A stretch of 18,233 bases of DNA from an uncultured Chthoniobacterales bacterium (GTDB lineage: Bacteria; Verrucomicrobiota; Verrucomicrobiia; Chthoniobacterales; CAZSPO01). The notes beneath the pieces are model-generated. The model searched no databases. It saw only the letters and a program-made list of their open reading frames with translations, and was not told where the DNA came from. A program made the position numbers and the translations under genes. Below are positions 7,616-16,596 of this stretch, in pieces. Numbering within the stretch: position 1 is the stretch's first letter; the number at the start of each line of letters is the position of its first letter. The stretch covers positions 1 through 18,233 of the forward strand of contig CAZSPO010000017.1 of assembly GCA_964608775.1 (NCBI GenBank), given 5' to 3'.

Positions 7616-9034
7616 TTACCAGGTGTATTTAACGGCATACTGGACAGTGGCCGTGGCGTCGGGCTCGACCTCAACAGCGAAGAGAATGGTCTGGGCATCG
7701 GCCTTGGTAAATGGCATCGAAGACTCCTGGATTTCCCATTGGCTCCAGCGGAAGAGCGGCTCGATCACCTCGACCGTGACGGTGGTTTCTTTGCGATTGC
7801 GGATTTCAATTTCCCACCGTTCGACGATGGTTTTCCGCCCGGTATCGATGCGAAAATCGGTCTGACGCCGTTCGCCGACCACATCGAAAGCGTCGCCCAC
7901 GGTCAGGGCAAGGGTCTCGTTTCGAGGGGTATGATTGATGCGGTCTTCACCGATGAATTCAAGGGCGTCATCGGCTTCGTCCCGTTTCGAAAGACGGACC
8001 AAACCGGCTGGGAGCGGTTTGCCGAGGCCGTTGGCTTCGGTGTTATCGAATTCGAGGACGATGGTGACATTCTCAGTTTGCCCCAGGCCGGGCACTTCGG
8101 GGCGTTGATTGAGCCCCCCGTAAAAGCGGAGGTTTGGAGAAACGAAGCGGTAGTGTTTTGTCGCGGCAACAGATTCGGCGGTGAGCAACTCGATCTGTTT
8201 GACCTGATTATCGGCCAGGGTGGAAGGGCGTTGGAGGGTGTAGAGGTGGTATTCGAAGAACGCCTTTTCCTCGAAAGCATCGGCGGAGGCGCTCATCGAC
8301 ATGACGCGCGCCTGTGCGGTCGGCATTTCCTGACGGGGCGGCTCTTTTTGCACATCGCCAGCCATCAGCTTGATGGTGGCATCCGGGAAGGTCGCTCCCG
8401 CCTGATTGGTAATGGTCACCCACCCGCTAATGGCCAGCCGGGTGTCGCCTTCAGAGAGGATGGCGTTGTAGGTTGCCTCCCAACTGAGTCCCTCGGTGTG
8501 GTAAGCGACTTCTATCTGTTGCTCGCCTGCTGTGGGAGAATCGACGAGCCAAACCAAGGTCGGACGGGTCAGCAACCCCTCGGGAAGGCGAGTGAACTGG
8601 ATGTCTTTCACGTTGTCGGGTCGACTCACCATAGTCAGCCCTTCGACCCCGCTGTCGCCCCCTTGCAAAATGATCTGTTGCGGATCGAAGGCGAGGAGTT
8701 TGCCAGAATAGCGGGAGCCGTCCTGGGTCAGAACGGCGACCGGTTGATCGATAAATTTCTGGAGTAGCTTGTCGGCATTGACGAGGTCGAACTCAAAATT
8801 CTGTTCAAGCACCCGGGTAGCCGGTTCGGAGAGGGAACGGAAGACCACCGAAGTCGCATCAATCCGGGCGGCGACATCGGGGAACCGAACGGCTTGTTGA
8901 CCAGCTTGAAGGGGGAAAGATCGGGTTTCACGCACGACAGCAAAATCATTGTTGTAAACGGTCAGGGCGACCTGGGCGGAAACGGGGGTCAGGCTGGAGG
9001 TGGCCATGAGGGCGAGGAGGAGAGGGGAACGCAT
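7616..9034 (-). CDS. DUF4139/DUF4140 domain protein (MuiA-like, secreted)
   Basis: The start is set at MRSPLLLALMATSSLTPVSAQ, a signal peptide, because the 69 codons upstream are Arg/Gly/His junk. Size and pattern (...TVYNNDFAVVRE..., later ...TVTVEVIEPL...) fit my recollection of the DUF4140+DUF4139 family. It lies 11 bp downstream of the pyk stop. Confidence 0.5.
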   Translation of the reverse strand: MRSPLLLALMATSSLTPVSAQVALTVYNNDFAVVRETRSFPLQAGQQAVRFPDVAARIDATSVVFRSLSEPATRVLEQNFEFDLVNADKLLQKFIDQPVAVLTQDGSRYSGKLLAFDPQQIILQGGDSGVEGLTMVSRPDNVKDIQFTRLPEGLLTRPTLVWLVDSPTAGEQQIEVAYHTEGLSWEATYNAILSEGDTRLAISGWVTITNQAGATFPDATIKLMAGDVQKEPPRQEMPTAQARVMSMSASADAFEEKAFFEYHLYTLQRPSTLADNQVKQIELLTAESVAATKHYRFVSPNLRFYGGLNQRPEVPGLGQTENVTIVLEFDNTEANGLGKPLPAGLVRLSKRDEADDALEFIGEDRINHTPRNETLALTVGDAFDVVGERRQTDFRIDTGRKTIVERWEIEIRNRKETTVTVEVIEPLFRWSQWEIQESSMPFTKADAQTILFAVEVEPDATATVQYAVKYTW

Positions 9035-9045
9035 GGTGTGGGGGG

Positions 9046-10503
9046 TTAGACTTCTTCTGGGGGGATGGTCTCGACTTTCAGAAGGTTGGTATTGCCGGCC
9101 ACGCCGTAAGGGGTGCCGGCCGTGATGGTAATCAGATCGCCGGGCTGCGCCCCGGTCCGGGCGCGGGCGTGCGCATAAGCCATGTGAACCATGTGCGCCG
9201 TGCCGAGCACCTCGTCCACGGCGACCGGTTCCACCCCCCAACTGAGCACCAGACGCCGGCGGGTGGCGGGGTTCGAAGAGAGTGCCAAAATGGGGACGGG
9301 CGGGCGATGGACGGCCACCAACCGGGGGGTGGAGCCGGACGTGGTGTAGGCAATGATCGCCTTTACCTTCAACCGTCGGGCAACCACGTTGGTCGCGTAG
9401 GCCATGGTGTCTTCCGTTTTTTCAGAATCCGGCAGGGGCGGCAAGCCGGGAAGCTCGCCCGTGAGCCACGCCAACTCGGCCCGCCGAGCGATATGGGCCA
9501 TCGTTTCAACCGTGAGCGCGGGAAATTGACCAATGGCCGATTCCCCGGAGAGCATGACCGCATCGGTGCCGTCGAGAATGGCGTTGGCGACATCGGCCGC
9601 CTCCGCCCGAGTCGGTTTGTGATTGGTGGTCATCGACTCCAACATCTGAGTCGCGGTGATCACCGGCTTAGCCAAACGACGGCAGGCAGCGATAATTTTT
9701 TTCTGCGCAATCGGGACATCTTGCAGGCTCATTTCCAAGGCAAGATCTCCGCGGGCAACCATGATGCCGTAGGATTGGGCTACGATGGCGTCGATGTCAT
9801 CCAAGGCCCCTTTTTTCTCAATCTTGGCGATCACCGGGATGGCGGCGGCCTTAGATCGGAGAAAATCCCGGAGCCCCGCGATGTCCGCTGCGGTTTGGAC
9901 AAATGAGAGGGCAAGAAAATCAAAGGCATGCCGGATGGCAAAGGTTACATCTTCCTTGTCTTTGTCGGTCAGAGAGGGAAGTGAAACCCGGCGTCCGGGA
10001 AGGTTAATCCCGCGGCGACTGGTCAGTTTACCGCCCCGGACCACCCGGCAATCGAAAGATTGATCGGCATGTTTAGCCGTGACCCGAAGCTCCAAGTTGC
10101 CATCGTCCAAAAGCAGAACCGAGCCGACCTCCACATCATCGGCCAGTGCAGGCAGGGAGCTGGAAATTCGCTCCGGGGTGCCATTGACCGGTTCGGGGGT
10201 GATTTGGACCGTCGCGCCGCGGGTCAGGTCGATGGCTCCATTTTCCATCTCGCCGACGCGCACGCGCGGACCGCGGAGATCGCCCAGGATGGCGACGGGA
10301 ATTTCGAGTTTGTCGCTGATTCTTCGGATGCGTTTGACCCACTCGCTCAGCTCCTCGTGGTTGCCGTGGGAGAAGTTGATGCGGGCGACGTCGAGTCCAG
10401 CGAGGATCATCGCTTCCAAAACATCTTCGGAACAACTAGCGGGTCCGATCGTGGCGACGATCTTGGTGCGTTTACAGAAGCGGATTGCCTGAGCTTCAGT
10501 CAT
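9046..10503 (-). CDS. pyk: pyruvate kinase
   Basis: The ORF begins MTEAQAIRFCKRTKIVATIGPASCSEDVLEAMILAGLDVARINFSHGNHEE...GDLRGPRVRVGE, which is the classic PK N-terminus and barrel, and its length of 485 aa is typical. The start is the internal Met, since the upstream 48 codons are junk. Confidence 0.9.
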   Translation of the reverse strand: MTEAQAIRFCKRTKIVATIGPASCSEDVLEAMILAGLDVARINFSHGNHEELSEWVKRIRRISDKLEIPVAILGDLRGPRVRVGEMENGAIDLTRGATVQITPEPVNGTPERISSSLPALADDVEVGSVLLLDDGNLELRVTAKHADQSFDCRVVRGGKLTSRRGINLPGRRVSLPSLTDKDKEDVTFAIRHAFDFLALSFVQTAADIAGLRDFLRSKAAAIPVIAKIEKKGALDDIDAIVAQSYGIMVARGDLALEMSLQDVPIAQKKIIAACRRLAKPVITATQMLESMTTNHKPTRAEAADVANAILDGTDAVMLSGESAIGQFPALTVETMAHIARRAELAWLTGELPGLPPLPDSEKTEDTMAYATNVVARRLKVKAIIAYTTSGSTPRLVAVHRPPVPILALSSNPATRRRLVLSWGVEPVAVDEVLGTAHMVHMAYAHARARTGAQPGDLITITAGTPYGVAGNTNLLKVETIPPEEV

Positions 10504-10550
10504 AAAAGATTCCCTGTTGATCGGCGAACGCGCCGACAAACCTCTCCTTA

Positions 10551-10587
10551 CGGCATGGCTTGCGGAGGCGGCAAGCGGCAAATGCCG
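10551..10587 (-). other. nested GC hairpin (CGGCAT GGCTTGC GGAGGCG GCAAGC GGCAA ATGCCG) between the AraC gene stop and the pyk start
   Basis: Inverted repeats are visible directly in the sequence. There is no U-tract after them, so the role (terminator or attenuator) is unclear. Confidence 0.3.
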
Positions 10588-10609
10588 TGTGGCGCAGCCC
10601 GACAGGCTG

Positions 10610-11593
10610 CTATGGGCGAGGCCGGGCTTTCTCCGAATCAAAGCCATTCATGCCGTGAGGATAAAGCCCAGGGCAGCAACCATACGCTTCCCAGAATGCT
10701 TTGCTGAAATGGCTAAGGGAGTTGTAACCCACCTCGAACGCGGCTTCGGTGACGTTGTGGGTGCCGGCGCGGAGCAGTTCGGCGGCCCGCTCCAGTCGGC
10801 GCTGGCGGAGATACTGCGGCATGGTCATCCCGGCTTCCGCCGAAAAAATCCGGGAGAGATACCCTGGGCTGCACCCGATGCGGCGGGCGATCTCGTCGAC
10901 TCTTGGCGGGTTGACCAGATCTTCGTCGAGCACCGCCCGCGCCTTTTCCATTCGCTCCCGCGCCACCCGTTTTTGCCGGGAGCAAAACAACTCTCCCTCC
11001 GGCTCCTCCGGCGCAAAGAAATAGAGAGCCGCCAGATCGAGGACTCGGGCGCGAAACCAACAATCCTGCGCGGCTTGCAGGACCGGGGGATGCGCCCATT
11101 CTTCCATCGCCCGATAAAAGGCAGCGGGCATGGCCTCGAGCCGGGCAGGGCCAGCCGATTCAGGGTGGCCATCCAAGAACGCCCGCACCCACGGTTGCAA
11201 CCTCGGCTCCTTGCCCAGTTGGTCGAGCAGGTATTTACGGGTGATTTCCACGGTGAGAAAGGCATGACCTTCTCCCGCTTCCCGCGTGGCCTCCAACCCG
11301 TCGTTACCCGGAAAATAGATCGCGACCATTTTCTCCCGAAGCAACGCCCGCCCCCGGCGGTTTTCCAACACCGCCCTCCCTTCCACATTCAGACAGACCT
11401 CCATGGTGTCAGGATGAAAGCTCTCATGCCACGCCAGCGGCTGCCGAAGGCGGAAGCGGTGGATTTCCACGCTACAACCCCGGTGCTCGATGCCGCCGTA
11501 AAGGGGACGCCATTCGCCACCCACCCGCCGCCAAATTTCGCCTTCTCGATGAATCACGCTGTATGCAAGGGACGCGGGAACGTCACCCCACAC
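10610..11593 (-). CDS. AraC-family transcriptional regulator
   Basis: The C-terminus carries an AraC-type helix-turn-helix: VDEIARRIGCSPGYLSRIFSAEAGMTMPQYLRQRRLERAAELLRAGTHNVTEAAFEVGYNSLSHFSKAFWEAYGCCP. Confidence 0.8.
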   Translation of the reverse strand: MWGDVPASLAYSVIHREGEIWRRVGGEWRPLYGGIEHRGCSVEIHRFRLRQPLAWHESFHPDTMEVCLNVEGRAVLENRRGRALLREKMVAIYFPGNDGLEATREAGEGHAFLTVEITRKYLLDQLGKEPRLQPWVRAFLDGHPESAGPARLEAMPAAFYRAMEEWAHPPVLQAAQDCWFRARVLDLAALYFFAPEEPEGELFCSRQKRVARERMEKARAVLDEDLVNPPRVDEIARRIGCSPGYLSRIFSAEAGMTMPQYLRQRRLERAAELLRAGTHNVTEAAFEVGYNSLSHFSKAFWEAYGCCPGLYPHGMNGFDSEKARPRP

Positions 11594-11689
11594 TCTTCAG
11601 GACGCAACCGATCGGCGCTGCCGATGAATTGCAAATCTTTGACGGCAAACCGTCACGAATGCGCGTTGGGCGGTCGGGAGAGAGGAGGC

Positions 11690-12508
11690 TCAGGCAAAAA
11701 TCGCGTCGAATTCCGCCACCCGCCGCTCCCAGTCTCCTTCCAGCCGTTCGCCATATTCCGCCCGACCTGCTGTGTAACCGGGCCCGGCCAACTGAGGACG
11801 CGCTTGGCTGGAGGCCCAAGTCTGGTCGAGAAATCGCGACCCCACGAAGTGCAAGGCCAAACCGGCACGCGAAGCATCGGTCCGATTTTCGGTGGTGCAA
11901 TGGGCCACGCCGTAATTGAAAAAAGCCACGCCCCCCGCCGAGATTTCCACGGGTACGACGGTTTCCTTTAATTCATCGACGTGGCAAGCGAGATGTTCGT
12001 CGCTTTTATCATCGCGCAAATGTTCGAAGGCTCGGGTATGACTCCCCGGCACCAGATGCAGGGTGCCATTGTCGCGATGGGCATCATGGACGGCGATCCA
12101 CATGCCCACTCCCTGGTGGGCGTCGGGGCAACCGAAATAAGCATTATCTTGATGCCAGCTGGTGCCGGTGCCGTGGCGCCCCGGTTTGAGGAAAATTTGA
12201 TCCAGTTGTAGGTGGAAATCGTCGCCAATCAACAGCGAGACCGCTTCGCGCACTTTGGCCGCATAAGGGAGGGATCGGAAGACCCGGCTGTGCGGACTGA
12301 TGGGGCGCAGTTGCAGGTTGACTTTTTCTTCGCTGTGCGAGCCGTGCACACCGGTTTTCACCACGTTACGTAAAAGCCCAGCATCGCGGAGACGTTGCAC
12401 CTCAGCCTGCATGAGGCGGACTTCATCGCGGTCGAAGAAGAGGGGGGCGATGGTGAAACCGTCGGTGTGATATTGGTCGATTTGGAGCTGGGTGAGAATC
12501 GAGGCCAT
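11690..12508 (-). CDS. phytanoyl-CoA dioxygenase (PhyH) family Fe(II)/2-oxoglutarate oxygenase
   Basis: The 272-aa ORF begins MASILTQLQIDQYHTDGF..., contains ...WHQDNAYF... and ...LHLVPGSH..., and has the PhyH-family HxD...H pattern. Confidence 0.75.
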   Translation of the reverse strand: MASILTQLQIDQYHTDGFTIAPLFFDRDEVRLMQAEVQRLRDAGLLRNVVKTGVHGSHSEEKVNLQLRPISPHSRVFRSLPYAAKVREAVSLLIGDDFHLQLDQIFLKPGRHGTGTSWHQDNAYFGCPDAHQGVGMWIAVHDAHRDNGTLHLVPGSHTRAFEHLRDDKSDEHLACHVDELKETVVPVEISAGGVAFFNYGVAHCTTENRTDASRAGLALHFVGSRFLDQTWASSQARPQLAGPGYTAGRAEYGERLEGDWERRVAEFDAIFA

Positions 12509-12844
12509 GATTTATCCATCTATGACAGTTCCCGAGGGCCATTGCCAATGCCATTTTCATCAGGCGAATCCCTCGATGGGGGGAGCATCCCTTCATGGAT
12601 CAAAGGCCGGGAGGGGTTCCTTTTTGAAATCGAGCTGCAGCCCATCGAAAGGCGCCTCGTTGGGCTCCACCATCTGCCCCCACCCCGGCAGGCTAGGTGA
12701 AGGTCCGGATGTTTCCATTTACCCGGTCTCCCCCTGACCGAGAAAATCGATTTATTTTTCGTCCTTCACCCGGGGATTCACGAGGAATGGCGGTTTGGTG
12801 CGGGACTTAGCCGGTTTTCCTTGTGAGGCCGGTTTGGTTTCGCA

Positions 12845-13504
12845 ATGCTCCAAATCGGTTCTGGCTCTGTCATGATTGAAGTGTTCCATCACGCGGTCGC
12901 CTTGGTGAATTTACCCTTCACCCTGCTGCTATTATTCGTGCTCCTTTACTGGGTGGCGAGCCTCGTGGGGATGTTGGATCTAGAGTTTCTCTCCCCTGAT
13001 TTCGATGGCGACGGCCCCGCGTTCGGCGGGTTGATGGGGGGGCTTCAGCGATTTCTCTATTTGGATGCGGTGCCCTTCATGGTGATGCTGAGCGTGTTGT
13101 CGGTGCTCGGCTGGATGCTCGCCCTGATCACAAACGGGCTGGTGAACCCCGCTTTTAACCCCTGGGTCGGTCTCGCCCTCATCCCCCCCGTGCTTCTCGT
13201 CGCAGCCTTGGGCACCCGCCTAGTCCTGACCCCGCTCCGCCCACTCTTCGCCCGCCTGCGTCAGGCGGATGAAAAGGAAACGCCGATCCTCGGTCGGGTC
13301 GGGGTGGTGATCACCAGTGAGGTCACCGACCGTTTCGGCATGGCCGAACTCGAAAACGAAGGAGCCCCCCTCCGCCTTCAAGTGCGGGTCCAAGGCCGCC
13401 CATTAAAGCGGGGTAGCCAGGTGCTCTTGGTCGCCTTGGATGCGAAGTCCGGTTCTTATTTCGTCCGTCCCTCTGACTCCACCTCCACCCTCCCCCTATC
13501 CTAA
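12845..13504 (+). CDS. NfeD/YqiJ-like membrane protein (OB-fold C-terminus), partner of flotillin
   Basis: It has multiple N-terminal TM helices and a soluble C-terminal beta-rich region (GRVGVVITSEV...LRLQVRVQGRPLKRGSQVLLVALD). It sits immediately upstream of the flotillin gene with a TAATG stop/start overlap, as in yqiJ-yqiK operons. The start could be M10 at 12872. Confidence 0.6.
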   Translation: MLQIGSGSVMIEVFHHAVALVNLPFTLLLLFVLLYWVASLVGMLDLEFLSPDFDGDGPAFGGLMGGLQRFLYLDAVPFMVMLSVLSVLGWMLALITNGLVNPAFNPWVGLALIPPVLLVAALGTRLVLTPLRPLFARLRQADEKETPILGRVGVVITSEVTDRFGMAELENEGAPLRLQVRVQGRPLKRGSQVLLVALDAKSGSYFVRPSDSTSTLPLS

Positions 13505-15555
13505 TGCCACCCATCCCTGAAATCCTCATCATCGGCCTGATCATTCTCATCGCCGTCATTCTTCTCGGCCTCTTTATCCTGCTCGGCTTTTGGCGTCGGG
13601 TCGAACAAGGTCGCGCCATCGTTTGCAACGGCCCCGGCAGCACCCGGGTCAGTTTCCGCGGCATGGCGATCGTCCCGATCATTCATCAGGCCGAATACAT
13701 GGATATTTCGGTCAAACGCCTCGAAATCGACCGGCACGGACCCGAAGGCCTGATTTGCAAAGACAACCTGCGGGCCGATATCCAGGTCGCCTTCTTTGTC
13801 CGGGTTAATCCCACCTCGCAAGATGTCCTCAAAGTCGCCCAGGCCGTCGGCTGCAAGCGGGCCGCCGATATCGAGGCGCTCCGCGAACTTTTCGACGCCA
13901 AATTCTCCGAGGCACTCAAAACCGTCGGACGCCAATTTGATTTCGTCGAACTCTACAACTCCCGCGAACAATTCCGGGATGAGATCTTAAAAATCATCGG
14001 CAACGATCTGAACGGTTATATCCTCGATGATTGCGCCATCGATTATCTGGAACAAACCCCGCTCGAATCGCTGAATCCCAACAACATCCTCGACTCCGAG
14101 GGGATCAAGAAAATCACCGACCTCACCGCCCAACAGCTCACCCTCGCGAATCAAATTAATCGCGAGAAAGAAAAAACTATCCGCCAACAAGACGTCGAAG
14201 CCGAAGAGGCCATCCTGGAACTCAACCGCCAACTCGCCGCCGCTACCGAAAAGCAAAAACGCGAAATTGCCGAATTCACGGCCCGCGAAGATGCCGACGC
14301 CGCCCGCGCCCAGCACGAAGCCCGACTCCGCTCCGAACAAGCCCGTATCGCCACCGACGAAGAAGTCGCCATCGCCGAGGAAAACCGACTCCGCCAAATC
14401 GTGGTCGCCCAGAAAAACAAAGAGCGCACGGAAGCCGTCGAAACCGAGCGCGTGGAAAAAGACCGGATGCTGGAAGCGACCGAACGCGTCCGAATTGTCA
14501 CCCTGGCAGAAATTGAAAAAGAGCGGGCGGTCGAGACCGAACAACGCAAAATCCAGGACGTCATCCGGGAACGGGTGATGGTCGAACGTGCCGTCGTTGA
14601 GGAACGCGAAAAGATCAAAGACACCGAAGCCGAAGCCGCTGCCGAACGGGAAAAATCCGTCGCCCTCATCCACGCCGAACGCGAGGCTCAGGAACGGCTC
14701 ACCCGTGATGTAAAAGCGGCAGAAGCCTCCCGCCAATCCGCCGAACTCAAAGCCGCTGAGGAAATGATGACGGCAGTCAAAGCCGCCGAAGCTCGCAAAG
14801 CCGCGAGTCAACTCGGGGCGGAAGAAAAAATTCTTGTCGCTGAAGCCACCCAGGCTGCTGCCGAAAAAGAAGCGGCCGCCAAAACGATGCTGGCGGAAGC
14901 CACTGCCGCCGAAGCCGCCGCCCCCGGCCTTGGCGAGGTCAAAGTGATGGAAGCCCGTGCGAGCGCCACCGAAAAGGAAGGGACCGCCGAAGCCCGGGTC
15001 ATGACCGAAAAACTCGCAGCCGAAGCCCGCGGCATTACCCAAAAGGCGGAAGCCATGAAGCTGCTCGACGGGGTAGGCCGCGAACACGAGGAATTCAAAC
15101 TCCAGCTCGGCAAGGAAAAGGAAATCGAACTGGCCCGCATCGAAATCCAACGGCACGTCGCCCAAAGCCAAGCAGAAGTCCTCGGCGAAGCTCTCAAGTC
15201 GGCCAAAATCGACATCGTGGGAGGCGAAACCAGCTTCTTCGACAAGGTCGTGGGAGCCATTTCCGCTGGCAAATCAGTCGACCGCCTCGTGGAAAACAGC
15301 AGCACGCTTGGCGATGTGAAAGCCACCTTCTTCAACCGCGACCCGGAATATTTCCGCGCCCAGGTGAAAAATTGGATGAGCCAGTTTGGGGTGACGACCG
15401 AAGACGTCAAACATCTCACCGTCGCCGCTGCCATTCAGCGGATGCTGGAATTGACGGACCACGAAGAGGACAAAAACGCCCTCCAACGCCTCCAACGCTT
15501 GGCCGAATCAATCGGGGTGGAGTCAAAGAAAATCTCCCACCTGCTACACGGCTAA
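13504..15555 (+). CDS. flotillin-family SPFH/band-7 protein with long Glu/Ala-rich coiled coil (YqiK-like)
   Basis: An N-terminal TM anchor is followed by an SPFH domain (...DISVKRLEIDRHGPEGLICKDNLRADIQVAFFVRVNP...), then roughly 300 aa of E/A/R/K-rich heptad-like sequence and a flotillin C-terminal region. Confidence 0.85.
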   Translation: MPPIPEILIIGLIILIAVILLGLFILLGFWRRVEQGRAIVCNGPGSTRVSFRGMAIVPIIHQAEYMDISVKRLEIDRHGPEGLICKDNLRADIQVAFFVRVNPTSQDVLKVAQAVGCKRAADIEALRELFDAKFSEALKTVGRQFDFVELYNSREQFRDEILKIIGNDLNGYILDDCAIDYLEQTPLESLNPNNILDSEGIKKITDLTAQQLTLANQINREKEKTIRQQDVEAEEAILELNRQLAAATEKQKREIAEFTAREDADAARAQHEARLRSEQARIATDEEVAIAEENRLRQIVVAQKNKERTEAVETERVEKDRMLEATERVRIVTLAEIEKERAVETEQRKIQDVIRERVMVERAVVEEREKIKDTEAEAAAEREKSVALIHAEREAQERLTRDVKAAEASRQSAELKAAEEMMTAVKAAEARKAASQLGAEEKILVAEATQAAAEKEAAAKTMLAEATAAEAAAPGLGEVKVMEARASATEKEGTAEARVMTEKLAAEARGITQKAEAMKLLDGVGREHEEFKLQLGKEKEIELARIEIQRHVAQSQAEVLGEALKSAKIDIVGGETSFFDKVVGAISAGKSVDRLVENSSTLGDVKATFFNRDPEYFRAQVKNWMSQFGVTTEDVKHLTVAAAIQRMLELTDHEEDKNALQRLQRLAESIGVESKKISHLLHG

Positions 15556-15560
15556 CGGCG

Positions 15561-16596
15561 ATGTCGGGCGTTTGGACATTCGCAAGAGCACCGAAGGCAA
15601 AATCTTTCAAAACCGGGAGCAACGCCATCGGTTGCTTGGCGGGCGAGGATTTCCGCGCGTTTGAAATCCTCAACCTCGGGCGATACGAGCGGCAGCATTT
15701 CGTGGGGGTGAATCCGAATTTGCGCGAGGAAGAGCCGGCGCAGCAGTTGGCCGCGAAGGAGGCGGCGTTTCTCGAACTCATCCTGCGCGCCTACCGGGCG
15801 GAGAAGGTCGAGCCGTTCGCCCATTTCCACGGCAAGCGGGCCGGTGAACCTGCCGGTGACGCGCTTGTTTGTGGAAGAGATCATCCTGGAATGCCGCAAG
15901 AAGCAACTGACCAAGGTGGATATCCTCGGCTTCGAGTTTGAGATGGGCTTGTTCCCCAACGTGCTGGACGAAGCGCGCGCCAAGGGCATCGACATCGCGC
16001 CGAAATACATCCCGTCGGAGGTTTTCGACAAACGGGCGGTGGAGAGGAACCAGGTGGTCTTCCACGATGTCAGCTTCATCGAGGTGAAGCCGCATGTGAG
16101 CAAGCGCAAGGGCGGGAAGAACAGCCAGCCCTCCACCGTGGCGGTGGAGCTGACGGATTTCTCGGTCTTTTACTCGCAGGACAGCATCGCCCAAGCCGAG
16201 GAATCGCTCAGCAGAACGGCAAAGGCGGGCAGCAAGATCGTGGTGGAAAAGGGCCAGATCGTGAAATTGGTGAAGGACAAGAATGGAGTCTTCAAACGCG
16301 AGCCACTCACCGAGAACTGGACGGACTGGATCGACTACTGGAGCGTGGATTTCGACTTCGAGAGCAAGCGCGAAATCGTGCGGGTGCAGGACGCGGAGAG
16401 CGGCGAAGTCCTGGAGCGCTGGACGGGCGACTACATTTTCGAGAACGAGTGGCAGAGCTTCCGCACCAAGAAAGACCGCTCGCTGGAGCTGACCAGCGTG
16501 GCGCACGAGGTGCCGCCCGGCCGCCGCAAGATCGCGGTGAAGGTGGTGGACATCTTCGGCAACGACACGATGACGATTGTGGAGGTGAATGTATGA
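15561..16596 (+). pseudogene. N-terminally truncated, +1-frameshifted remnant of a DNA methyltransferase-like (restriction-modification Mod-like) gene; family assignment tentative
   Basis: There are two overlapping ORFs. Frame A (15561-15941, MSGVWTF...FAHFHGKRAGEP) is protein-like up to about 15840, and frame B (15844-16596) is protein-like from there, so a +1 shift lies near 15835-15850 (gcgggccggtg). The C-terminus ...RKIAVKVVDIFGNDTMTIVEVNV resembles the conserved C-terminal tail I recall from N6/N4 DNA methylase (Mod-type) proteins, but there are no catalytic motifs (DPPY, FxGxG). The segment uses G-ending codons unlike the upstream genes, and its stop overlaps the RhuM start (ATGA). Confidence 0.4.

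Noticed and set aside
7556-8767. 403-aa plus-strand ORF
   Set aside because: It is antisense to the DUF4139 gene, and its Gly/Asp/Phe-rich translation lacks protein-like pattern.
9169-9906. 245-aa plus-strand ORF
   Set aside because: It is antisense to pyruvate kinase.
10517-11971. 484-aa plus-strand ORF, plus nested ORFs 10713-11099 and 10825-11388 on the minus strand
   Set aside because: It overlaps the well-supported AraC and PhyH genes on the opposite strand or in other frames, and its Arg/Pro-rich products are not protein-like.
13987-15171. 394-aa minus-strand ORF
   Set aside because: It is antisense to the flotillin coiled-coil region, and its F/G-rich low-complexity product is an artefact of the GAA/GCC-rich sense strand.
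13504-15555. Flotillin coiled-coil region as a possible repeat or mobile element
   Set aside because: The periodic E/A/R/K-rich sequence is the expected heptad coiled coil of flotillin-family proteins, in frame with conserved N- and C-terminal domains.
15778-16506. 242-aa minus-strand ORF
   Set aside because: It is antisense to the methyltransferase-like fragment, and its Ala/Leu/Arg-rich product is a shadow of G-ending sense codons.
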